A stretch of 37,841 bases of DNA from a candidate division WOR-3 bacterium (GTDB lineage: Bacteria; Hydrothermota; Tepidihabitantia; B3-TA06), in assembly GCA_965649265.1 (NCBI GenBank), contig CBFGKC010000014.1:244-38084 (forward strand), in the 5' to 3' direction. The notes under the pieces were generated by a model. It was not told where the DNA came from and made no database searches. It saw only the letters and a program-made list of their open reading frames with translations. The position numbers and the translations under genes were made by a program. This document shows, piece after piece, positions 27,696 to 35,735 of this stretch. Position 1 is the stretch's first letter; each line of letters starts with the position of its first letter.

Positions 27696-28873
27696 CAGGC
27701 GAAATCGCTGCTGCGGTGATAGAATCGCTGGACCGCAAAACCCACTGCTATCCCCCAGAGGATTCTCGGGGTTGGTTTTGAGAGAAAGTACTTGAGGAAG
27801 CGGCCAACAGGTATTTCGGTGTACTCTTTTTTGTCCATGATGTTTCCGATGGTCTCGATGATGGGGTTGTCGAACTTGAAGAACGCCTGAGGAATCAATA
27901 GATGAGTTCTTGAACGGCACGGGTAAAGGCTTACCCGGCGCGTGTAATCCGAAAGAAGATAAGGTTCATTTTCTCTCAAGGCGTCGACAATTACCTCGCC
28001 CGCAATTCTTCCGCTCCATACCGCGCCGTGAACGCCGCCTTTCGTGAACGGATAGGTGAACCCGCCCGAGTCGCCTGCCAGCAGCGCTCGCGGGAAGGCA
28101 ATCCTCAGCGGTCGTTTCAGGAAAGGAATGGGGCCTCCCTCCGTCTTGAATTTGCGTGAAGGATCAACCCCCATTCTTAGACAGAAACCATCCAGTTTTT
28201 CCTTGAGCGCTCTTGGGCTTCCCGCACCAATCGACACCTCGCCCTCCTCGCCCTCCTCGCCGCTGCTTCTGTCGAAAACCCATGCATAGCCGCCGGAAAA
28301 ATCCTCGTGGTGATGAAACTGGAGCATATTATCCGGGAAATCGCACGACACGTCTTTCTTTCGGAACTTGTATTGCAGCGCAGGCAGAATAGGGGCTCTT
28401 TGCCCGTGATAGCGAGCGACAGGGCAGAGCGCGCCGCCTGCACCAACGAGATACCGACTTCTGAACGTGCCTTTATTCGAGGTCAACACCCAGCCCGACC
28501 TTTCGCTAATGATGCCGGAAACCACGGTAGAGGTCATGAAAACAGCGCCCGCGTCAAGCGCTCGCGCGGCCAGGAATCTGTCGAACGAAGGCCTGTCGAT
28601 GCAGTAACCTTCCTGCGTGAAACGAATCTCCGTTTGGTTCGGGAAAAGAAGCTTGCAGCCGTCCACCTGCTTGACTATCCAGGGTTGAGGGCCTGTTACA
28701 CCTGCCTCGGCAAGGCAGTTCGCCGATACCCCTTCACCGCAGTGGTTGGGATCACCGATCCTTTCCTTTTTGTCCAGAACGAGCACGCTGAAACCTGCCT
28801 GGGAAATTACCCTTGCCGCAGATGAGCCTGCAGGTCCTGCGCCGACCACTATCACGTCCCACGTTTGCTGCAT
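27692..28873 (-). CDS. Geranylgeranyl-reductase-like NAD(P)/FAD-dependent oxidoreductase
   Basis: VVGAGPAGS, CGEG, IDRPSFD, GGYAWVF, LAGDSGG...GGV..A..SG. Confidence 0.85.
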   Translation of the reverse strand: MQQTWDVIVVGAGPAGSSAARVISQAGFSVLVLDKKERIGDPNHCGEGVSANCLAEAGVTGPQPWIVKQVDGCKLLFPNQTEIRFTQEGYCIDRPSFDRFLAARALDAGAVFMTSTVVSGIISERSGWVLTSNKGTFRSRYLVGAGGALCPVARYHGQRAPILPALQYKFRKKDVSCDFPDNMLQFHHHEDFSGGYAWVFDRSSGEEGEEGEVSIGAGSPRALKEKLDGFCLRMGVDPSRKFKTEGGPIPFLKRPLRIAFPRALLAGDSGGFTYPFTKGGVHGAVWSGRIAGEVIVDALRENEPYLLSDYTRRVSLYPCRSRTHLLIPQAFFKFDNPIIETIGNIMDKKEYTEIPVGRFLKYFLSKPTPRILWGIAVGFAVQRFYHRSSDFAW

Positions 28874-28878
28874 TTTCG

Positions 28879-28906
28879 ATTATACCTATCCTTGATTAAA
28901 GGGCAA
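28879..28906 (-). promoter_or_regulatory. sigma70-type promoter TTGCCC-N16-TATAAT, leaderless
   Basis: ATG 28873 is 5 nt after the -10 box. Confidence 0.6.
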
Positions 28907-28912
28907 TAAGAG

Positions 28913-28940
28913 TTGACTTGATAGTTTACGAGCATATATT
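28913..28940 (+). promoter_or_regulatory. sigma70-type promoter TTGACT-N16-TATATT
   Basis: Upstream of the adenosine kinase gene, back-to-back with the previous promoter. Confidence 0.7.
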
Positions 28941-28962
28941 AACTAAAAAACGGAGGAAGAAA

Positions 28963-29448
28963 ATGGAACTCAAAGTCGTTCAGATTGAGAAGCCTGATGA
29001 TGTAAACGTCATACTGGGCATGTCGCACTTCATAAAGACGGCGGAGGACTTTCACGAAGCGCTCGTCGAGACTGTGCCCGGTATCAAGTTCGGGCTTGCC
29101 TTTTGCGAAGCATCGACCAAACGCCTGATTCGCATCGAAGGCACTGATGATGCACTCAAAGAGCTTGCCGCAAAGAACGCAACCGAGATCGGAGCCGGAC
29201 ACAGTTTCGTTCTCATGCTCGGCAACGCATTCCCGGTCAACGTTCTGCGAAAACTCAACGCCGTTTCAGAAACCGTCAGCTTCTTTTGCGCGACGGCCAA
29301 TCCCGTTCAGGTTATAGTCGCCGAGACAGAGCAGGGGAGGGGGATACTCGGCGTTATAGACGGCTATTCTCCCCTGGGTGTCGAAAACAAGGCCGATCTC
29401 AGAGAGCGTCAGTCGTTTCTTCGAAAGATAGGCTACAAGCTTTTTTGA
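28963..29448 (+). CDS. Adenosine-specific kinase (DUF355 family)
   Basis: NVILGMSHFIKT, FGLAFCEAS, CATANP, GRGILGVIDG, LRKIGYK; GGAGG SD. Confidence 0.92.
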   Translation: MELKVVQIEKPDDVNVILGMSHFIKTAEDFHEALVETVPGIKFGLAFCEASTKRLIRIEGTDDALKELAAKNATEIGAGHSFVLMLGNAFPVNVLRKLNAVSETVSFFCATANPVQVIVAETEQGRGILGVIDGYSPLGVENKADLRERQSFLRKIGYKLF

Positions 29449-29500
29449 AATATAGGGGCATCCGGCGTGAAGGCGGTATCGATTCCTTGGGGCCGGAGGA

Positions 29501-30265
29501 TTACTTCTCGGTTTTGAGAACGGTCTTTATCTCGAGATTCGCTATCTTGATTTTTTTGCCTGCGTGGTTCTGATTCGATACGAAAACCTCCAGCTGAACC
29601 TCCGCCGGTTCTTTTATGCCGGTTCTGTAAAAGAAAACCTCGCTGTCATTCTCGAGTGAAATTCGCTTCTCCATTTTCTCTTCAGTGAGTTCTGGAAAAA
29701 TCTTCTTCAAAAACTCCAATCCTTCAGCCCATTCGGGTATAAAAACTTTAATCTTGGAAACACCCGTAATTTCCGCCTGGGCCGATTCGCCGGCGGAGTT
29801 CTCCCTTGATTTTTCATCATATGGTTCAAAGTCGATCTCAAAACCGGTTCCGGGAATTTCAGGAAGATACAGGTGCCGTTTTTGAATCTGTAGATTCAAG
29901 GCTTCAAGAATACTTCCCAGAATGGAACTGCCGTTTTTTTGAACGTTCAAATATCTTTCTTTCAATTCGCCGTAAAGTGAATCAAGGTTGCTTGTGCCGA
30001 AGAAAAGCGCAAAGATTCCTCTTTTGCCTTCTTTGAGCCGCTTTACCCAATGTTGTGGAAAGCCTTCACCTTCAGCGGTCAGGAACTGCACGATTTCCAG
30101 ATATCGTTTGCCGATCCATAGAACGCTGGTCTTGAATCCCTTACCCTCCCTTCCGGCAGTCATCCTGAATGGGATATTGGATGAATTGATCTCTTCCGAA
30201 AGCTTGTCAATTATTCCTGGGTCGTTATCGACACAAATCACAATATGGTCGAATTTCAGTATCAT
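29501..30265 (-). CDS. VOC/glyoxalase-like family protein
   Basis: FDHIVI start and YLEI motif. Confidence 0.7.
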   Translation of the reverse strand: MILKFDHIVICVDNDPGIIDKLSEEINSSNIPFRMTAGREGKGFKTSVLWIGKRYLEIVQFLTAEGEGFPQHWVKRLKEGKRGIFALFFGTSNLDSLYGELKERYLNVQKNGSSILGSILEALNLQIQKRHLYLPEIPGTGFEIDFEPYDEKSRENSAGESAQAEITGVSKIKVFIPEWAEGLEFLKKIFPELTEEKMEKRISLENDSEVFFYRTGIKEPAEVQLEVFVSNQNHAGKKIKIANLEIKTVLKTEK

Positions 30266-30270
30266 TCTGC

Positions 30271-30298
30271 AATATACCCCCAGGGATTAGTATGTCAA
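30271..30298 (-). promoter_or_regulatory. sigma70-type promoter TTGACA-N16-TATATT, leaderless
   Basis: ATG 30265 is 5 nt after the -10 box. Confidence 0.7.
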
Positions 30299-30420
30299 GA
30301 TGTGCCGATGACGTAGATCGCCTTATAAATTATGTTAAGCAAAAGTCCGGGAGAACCTTCTTAAACGCACGCCCGTATATAAAAGAATGTAAGTTTTCAG
30401 GTATAGATATCTGTGATGGT

Positions 30421-31434
30421 CTATTTGTTTGCCTGAATGAACGTTTGCCTTATCCACGCAAGCGTATCCCTGAGGCTTTCGGTAAAATCCATCGGATGCC
30501 AGCCGAATTCTTTTTTTGCCCGCTCGCCTGAGACCCAGGATTTTCGATTCGCGAATTCATCGATAGATTCACGCGTTACCTGTCTCTCCGCGCCGGTGAA
30601 AAGATTGCCCATCCAGTCGAACACGCTCATGATTCTCAAGAAGAAGGGCGAGAGCTTTAGCGTGGGGACCTTAAGGGCCGGTTCAAGTTCCTTTATTAGC
30701 AGCACAAGCTCGGCAAGCGTCAGGTACCTATCAGCCGCGATGTAGCGGCCTTGTGCGTTTGCGCTCTCGTAAGCGAGGAGGTGGAGCACGGCCACATCCC
30801 TTACGTCAACATACGTGAACGAGTAAGGCGGTATGACCGGTAGCTTTCCGCGCAGTATCATCTCGAAGATCATCGTGCTCGGCGTGTGCCGGTAGAAGCC
30901 GGGCCCTATGATGGCCGCCGGGTTGATGGCGACCATGTTGAGTCCATTCTCTTTCGCGAACTCCCACGCCTTTCTCTCGGCGCCCGTCTTCGCGTAAACG
31001 TAAGGTAGTCGCGTGTCGTCGTTCCAGTCCTCCTCGTTCAGGGGTCTGTCCGCCGGCGCATCGTTTCCTATAGCTGCCGTGCTCGAGGTGAAGATCACTT
31101 TTCTGACGCCCGCGTCCTTTGCCGCGCGAAGCACGTTCAAACCACCGGTGACGGAGGGTTCGATAATCTCCTTTTCGGGGTCTTTTGCCCAGAGCTTGTA
31201 TACGGCCGCAACCTGGAAGAGGCCTTCGATGCCGTCCATCGCCCGCGGTAAAGTCTCGGGCTTCATGATGTCGGCCTCAACGATCTCGGCGCCTGAATCG
31301 GAAAGCGGTTTCAGTCTTCCTGAATCCTTCGCGTTGCGGACGGACGCCCTCACGCTGTAGCCCTTCTCGCAAAGAAGCTTCGCGAGGTTGTAACCCAGAT
31401 GACCGTTGGCGCCGGTAACGAGAACCTTTTTCAC
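30421..31434 (-). CDS. NAD-dependent epimerase/dehydratase (dihydroflavonol-reductase-like extended SDR)
   Basis: VTGANGHLG, TSS, YVYAK, VDVRDVA. Confidence 0.9.
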   Translation of the reverse strand: MKKVLVTGANGHLGYNLAKLLCEKGYSVRASVRNAKDSGRLKPLSDSGAEIVEADIMKPETLPRAMDGIEGLFQVAAVYKLWAKDPEKEIIEPSVTGGLNVLRAAKDAGVRKVIFTSSTAAIGNDAPADRPLNEEDWNDDTRLPYVYAKTGAERKAWEFAKENGLNMVAINPAAIIGPGFYRHTPSTMIFEMILRGKLPVIPPYSFTYVDVRDVAVLHLLAYESANAQGRYIAADRYLTLAELVLLIKELEPALKVPTLKLSPFFLRIMSVFDWMGNLFTGAERQVTRESIDEFANRKSWVSGERAKKEFGWHPMDFTESLRDTLAWIRQTFIQANK

Positions 31435-31438
31435 CGCA

Positions 31439-32041
31439 TCATCCTTTTCGTTTCGGGGTTTGCATGTATCCTGAAAGAGATTGGAGAAGGAGGATTACGG
31501 CACCAAGCTTGAGCAAATCTCCGCTAATGAACGGATAAAGCCCGAGTGCAAACACCCTGTCCCATCCCGTGAAGGATGCGAGACGCGGAAGCCCGAATGC
31601 ATAGATCAGGACGCTTCCCGCAAGCATCACGAGCGTCCGCGTGAGCGGCGATTTGCCTAATCCTCGTTCGAAAAGAAATCCGACCGCGAATGAGGCGGCG
31701 GCGAATCCCACGAGATATCCGCCCGTCGGTCCCAGGAGCCTTGCAAGTCCCACTCCGCCTGAGGCGAAAACGGGGATGCCGGACATGCCGAGGATGATGT
31801 ACACGATGACGCTGGCAGGCCCGCGCTTGCTTCCAAGCAGTGCGCCTGAGAGCAGTACGAAAAGGGTCTGAAGGGTCAATGGAACAGGGGTAAAGGGGAG
31901 AGGGACGGCCGCCTGGGCCGAAAGCGCGATTGCCACGCTTGCCGAAAGCGTAAGGAGAACGTCGCGGACAACGCGGTATACTTTCAAGTCGGCATTTAAA
32001 TAATCTTGCAATACTATTGTTTTCAAATTGGCAAACATCAA
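31439..32041 (-). CDS. bioY: Biotin ECF transporter substrate component BioY
   Basis: PFTPVPLTLQT, LGSKRG, PVFA, GPTGGYLVGF, PFISGDLLK. Confidence 0.95.
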   Translation of the reverse strand: MMFANLKTIVLQDYLNADLKVYRVVRDVLLTLSASVAIALSAQAAVPLPFTPVPLTLQTLFVLLSGALLGSKRGPASVIVYIILGMSGIPVFASGGVGLARLLGPTGGYLVGFAAASFAVGFLFERGLGKSPLTRTLVMLAGSVLIYAFGLPRLASFTGWDRVFALGLYPFISGDLLKLGAVILLLQSLSGYMQTPKRKG

Positions 32042-32074
32042 CTCTTCCTTTCAAAACGGGTTACACAATAGGGA

Positions 32075-32102
32075 ACTATACTCTGATACGGATTATTTTC
32101 AA
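32075..32102 (-). promoter_or_regulatory. sigma70-type promoter TTGAAA-N16-TATAGT
   Basis: Upstream of bioY. Confidence 0.6.
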
Positions 32103-32124
32103 GCACAATCCCGGAGGAGGTTCG

Positions 32125-32321
32125 GGAGCCCTCCTCAGTAACACCTCAACAACGATCCTGCACACTTAGCGATATCTTTTACGTCTCGAGCGACAGGTGT
32201 AGGTGTGTTACGGGGGGTGTTACGGAGCCCTCCTCAGCAACACCTCAACAACGATCCTGCACACTTAGCGACATCTTTTACGTCTCGAGCGACAGGTGTA
32301 GGTGTGTTACGGGGGTGTTAC
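32125..32321. repeat. Near-perfect 99-bp tandem duplication
   Basis: 32125-32223 vs 32224-32321 differ by two substitutions and one G in a run; followed by GGGGTTAC x2. Confidence 0.92.
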
Positions 32322-32333
32322 GGGGTTACGGGG

Positions 32334-32816
32334 TTACTTCCACGTTATCCTTGCGGTGTCGTAGCGGTCGGATGCAGGCTTCGACTCGTCCGGGTATCCC
32401 AGGGGGAGGAGGGTAAGCGGGATAAGGTTTTTTCCGAGTCCAAGCAATTGACGCAGTTCGTTCATGGCTTCCTCGTGCGGGTAGATTCCTAAAAAGACCG
32501 AACCCAGCCCCATTGAATGAGCGGCGGCAAGGATGTTGGCGGTTGCCAGCGTGCAGTCTATTACCCAGTATCCCTTGTACTTTTCAAGCTCGGTATCCCC
32601 GCAAACGAGTATCGCGCAGGGCGCCCCTTTCGTGACAGGGTGTTCGTCGAGCACGCTGCGATCGGTCACGACCACAAACCGCCACGGCTGCTGGTTGCCT
32701 GCAGACGGCGCGGCCATTGCCGTCCGTAACACGTTCTCTATAGTCTCGCGTGAAACGGGTCTGTCCTGAAATTTGCGAATGCTTCGTCTTGTAAGTAACG
32801 CTTCAAGTGTATCCAT
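32334..32816 (-). CDS. Nitroreductase family protein
   Basis: TRRSIRKF, AAPSAGNQQPWRFVVV, GLGS, LGYP; ATG 32816 after AAGGAG. Confidence 0.92.
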   Translation of the reverse strand: MDTLEALLTRRSIRKFQDRPVSRETIENVLRTAMAAPSAGNQQPWRFVVVTDRSVLDEHPVTKGAPCAILVCGDTELEKYKGYWVIDCTLATANILAAAHSMGLGSVFLGIYPHEEAMNELRQLLGLGKNLIPLTLLPLGYPDESKPASDRYDTARITWK

Positions 32817-32835
32817 CCGATTCTCCTTTTCGTGA

Positions 32836-32863
32836 AGAATAGGTATGTGTGATGAATTGTCAA
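32836..32863 (-). promoter_or_regulatory. Internal sigma70-type promoter TTGACA-N16-TATTCT for the nitroreductase
   Basis: -35 box overlaps the upstream stop codon. Confidence 0.6.
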
Positions 32864-33504
32864 TGCTTTTCATTCGCCTGGGATTTCTTCAGTGGCCGCA
32901 ATCCGGGTATGAACGCGGGGACCCTTCGGCGGTAATCCGTCCACTCCTCGCCGAACTCCTTGGCGAGAGCGCTTTCCTCTTTCAATGCCCGGAAGGGCAG
33001 CGCGGCACAATTGAGCAGAAAGAGAAACACTGTGGCCCAGTTCTGGTACATGAGGAGCGCACCGAAAGCGGTAATCATCATCGCGAGATACAGTGGATGA
33101 CGCACGACTGAGAAGGGACCGCGTGTCACGAGCTTATGACCGGCATACAACTGAACGCTGATGCCTGTGGAACCCGCGAACATATTACCGAGCGTGAAGC
33201 GGCCCCAGATATAGAAGGTTATTCCGCCGAAGTAAAGGATAAAGCCCGTTATTATGAAAACCCATCTCAAGACTGCCGTGAATTCGAGAGGCAGGGGTTT
33301 CCACAAAAGCACGCATACCGCCGCATCAAGGGCTATGAAAAGAAGGAAGGAGGGCCAGCGCAGGAGCCATGCCATCTTTCCCTCGGTTCTGCCCAGGGCG
33401 CGTTTGCGCTGGCTTAGGATACCTCCGAAAGCGATGATAAGGAACACGGCAAGTCCCGTCGCACCCGCCCAGCGAACAATCTGTTCAACTAATTCAAGAA
33501 TCAC
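32860..33504 (-). CDS. Isoprenylcysteine carboxyl methyltransferase/PEMT family membrane protein (paralogue 4)
   Basis: HKLVTRGPFSVVRHPLY, EE..L...FGEEW.DY.RRVP; GTG 33504 after AGGAGGAG. Confidence 0.88.
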   Translation of the reverse strand: MILELVEQIVRWAGATGLAVFLIIAFGGILSQRKRALGRTEGKMAWLLRWPSFLLFIALDAAVCVLLWKPLPLEFTAVLRWVFIITGFILYFGGITFYIWGRFTLGNMFAGSTGISVQLYAGHKLVTRGPFSVVRHPLYLAMMITAFGALLMYQNWATVFLFLLNCAALPFRALKEESALAKEFGEEWTDYRRRVPAFIPGLRPLKKSQANEKH

Positions 33505-34144
33505 AATCTCCTCCTTTCGGCTTCTTTTTAAAAAGCCGCGGTATGAAAGCCGGAACCCTTCGGCAGTAATCCGTCCACTCCTGGCCGAACTCCTTGGCCA
33601 GAGCGTTTTCCTCCTTTCTTGCACGCAATGACAGCGATATGGATGCCCACCCGAAGAGAAAGACCATGGTCCAGTTCATGTAAATGAAGAGTGCGCCAAG
33701 CACGGCAATCATCATCCCGAGATACAATGGATGCCTTGCTAACCCAAACGGTCCATGCGTGACAAGCTTGTGATCGGCATAAAGCCGAACCTCAAAAGTC
33801 GTAGCTCTGCCAAACATCTTGCCCATCGTGAAGCGGCCCCATACATAGAAAGCGATGCCTCCAAAGTAAAGGAGGGGGCCCAGGATTATGAATATCCATC
33901 TCAAAACAAGAGGAAATTCAAGCGGGATAGGCCTCCACAAGATGTAACAAATGCCGAAGAATACAGGAAAGGCCAGGACGATCAGAATGACAACGGGCCA
34001 GCGATATACCAGCTTGCCTTCGCTTCTACCCCGCGGTCGCTTGCGTACGCTGAGGAAACCTCCTCCGGCAACTATCAAAAATACCAGAAGTCCTGCAATG
34101 CCCGACCATCTTATAATCTGTTCGACCAATTCAAGTGCCATCAC
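33494..34144 (-). CDS. ICMT/PEMT family protein (paralogue 3)
   Basis: HKLVTHGPFGLARHPLY; EENALAKEFG. Confidence 0.88.
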   Translation of the reverse strand: MMALELVEQIIRWSGIAGLLVFLIVAGGGFLSVRKRPRGRSEGKLVYRWPVVILIVLAFPVFFGICYILWRPIPLEFPLVLRWIFIILGPLLYFGGIAFYVWGRFTMGKMFGRATTFEVRLYADHKLVTHGPFGLARHPLYLGMMIAVLGALFIYMNWTMVFLFGWASISLSLRARKEENALAKEFGQEWTDYCRRVPAFIPRLFKKKPKGGDCDS

Positions 34145-34829
34145 TTCCTCCTTGGCTGGGAAACGTAGAGGGCGAGGAGGGTGAGGCCCCCAGCGAGGGG
34201 ACGGGCGAGGAGGGCTTTCTTTTGAAGATGTGCGGGATGAATGCCGGAACCCTTCGGCAGTAATCCGTCCACTCCTGGCCGAACTCCTTGGCTAGAGCCT
34301 TCTCCTCTTTGCGTCCGCGGAACGGAAGCCATATGAAACACAGGAACAGAAAGACCGTTGCCCAGTTCTGGTACACGAGAAGGGCGCCGAGCGAAGCAAC
34401 CATCACTCCCAGATACAAGGGGTGTCTCACTATCGAAAAAGGGCCGCCGGTCACGAGCCTGTGATCGGCATAGAGCTGGACTGCGAAGCCGGACGAACCT
34501 GCAAACATATTCCCAAGCGCGAAGCGACCCCATATATAGAAAGCAATTCCGGCAAAGTAAAGGATGATGCCTGCAATCAGGAATATCCACCTCGCGATAT
34601 CTGGAAACTTGAAAGGAAGAGGCATCCACAACAACCAGCAAATAGCCGCGAACGCGGCCGCTATCGTGAAGTAAACGGGCCACTGAAGAAACCATGCTAA
34701 TTTGCCCTCCGTGCGTCCTTTTGGACGTTTGCGCAGGCTGAACATTCCGCCGAACGCGATCACGAGGAATACGGCCAATCCTGCCGCACCCGCCCAGCGA
34801 ACGACCTGTTCGATTTGTTCAATTGTCAT
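34131..34829 (-). CDS. ICMT/PEMT family protein (paralogue 2)
   Basis: HRLVTGGPFSIVRHPLY; EEKALAKEFG. Confidence 0.88.
   Translation of the reverse strand: MTIEQIEQVVRWAGAAGLAVFLVIAFGGMFSLRKRPKGRTEGKLAWFLQWPVYFTIAAAFAAICWLLWMPLPFKFPDIARWIFLIAGIILYFAGIAFYIWGRFALGNMFAGSSGFAVQLYADHRLVTGGPFSIVRHPLYLGVMVASLGALLVYQNWATVFLFLCFIWLPFRGRKEEKALAKEFGQEWTDYCRRVPAFIPHIFKRKPSSPVPSLGASPSSPSTFPSQGGSDGT
34174..34218. repeat. 45-bp in-frame repeat element, copy B
   Basis: 43/45 identical to 34904-34948. Confidence 0.85.
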
Positions 34830-35556
34830 TGCGGCCTCCTTTAAGGAAATCGCGACCCGCTTTCAGGTTTTTATTATCTGAGAGTGGGGATGCTGAGGAA
34901 GCTGAGGAGGGTGAGCCCCCCAGCGGGGGGACGGGCGAGGAGGGCTTTGTTACGAGGCCGGGGATGAAGGAGGGAACCCTCTGTCGATATTTTTTCCAAT
35001 CTTCTCCGAACTCGGCCTCGAGTGCTTGCTCCTCGCGTCTGGCCCGCAAGGGGAGTCCTGCCGAGCACAAGAAAAGGAGCGCCATCGCCCAGTTATGGTA
35101 CAGCAAAAGCCCGCCGAGCAGGGCGGCGAACATTCCGAGATACAACGGATGGCGAACTATCGAGAACGGTCCCCGGGTCACAAGTTCGTGCCCTGCGAAG
35201 AGCTTTACGCCGAAACCGCAAGAGCCGCCGAACATCCTGCCCATCGTTGTTCGGCCCCAGGTGTAAAAGGCCACTCCGGCAAAAAGAAACAGCGATCCTG
35301 CCGAAAGCAGCGCTATTCGCAAACCTGGAGAGAAGCGGATGGGAATCGGTATCCACAAAAAGTAGAGTACTGCCGCGAGAACGACGAGACCAAGGACGTA
35401 AAACGGCCAGCGCAGGATCTTCCTCGCTGCGCCCGTCGTCCGGCCCGCCGTCTGTTTTCGATTGCTCCACACTCCCGCGTAGGCCACAACGAGCCACCAG
35501 AGATAAGCGGCGGCGCCCATCCATCTTAATATTGTCTCAATGAGTTCGAGCTTCAT
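34819..35556 (-). CDS. ICMT/PEMT family protein (paralogue 1)
   Basis: HELVTRGPFSIVRHPLY; EEQALEAEFG; ATG 35556 after GGAGG. Confidence 0.88.
   Translation of the reverse strand: MKLELIETILRWMGAAAYLWWLVVAYAGVWSNRKQTAGRTTGAARKILRWPFYVLGLVVLAAVLYFLWIPIPIRFSPGLRIALLSAGSLFLFAGVAFYTWGRTTMGRMFGGSCGFGVKLFAGHELVTRGPFSIVRHPLYLGMFAALLGGLLLYHNWAMALLFLCSAGLPLRARREEQALEAEFGEDWKKYRQRVPSFIPGLVTKPSSPVPPLGGSPSSASSASPLSDNKNLKAGRDFLKGGRNDN
34904..34948. repeat. 45-bp in-frame repeat element, copy A
   Basis: GAGGAGGG-flanked CCCCC-CAGC-GGGGG hairpin, encodes KPSSPVPPLGGSPSS. Confidence 0.85.
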
Positions 35557-35735
35557 AAATGCGCCTCCATCCAACAAAAGGCGTCGTAAGGCAGGGGTTC
35601 TTTACCCCATTTTCACCCGTAACACACCATAAAACCACCGTTACACCTCATTCCGCAACACCTTTCCGTAACATACATAAATTGACACCCTTTCTATAGC
35701 TATAATAGAAACCAATCCGGGGAGGTTTCTACGCT

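Noticed and set aside
32125-32337. CRISPR array
   Set aside because: Whole 99-bp units are duplicated with no unique spacers; no cas genes
26952-33624. Long N-terminal extensions in the ORF track (27920, 33624, 32873, 28918; likewise 5410, 25247)
   Set aside because: SD sites, stop/start overlaps and promoter positions support the shorter starts used here
33549-34292. Diversity-generating retroelement TR/VR pair
   Set aside because: Copies are identical rather than adenine-mutated, both are coding, and no reverse transcriptase is present
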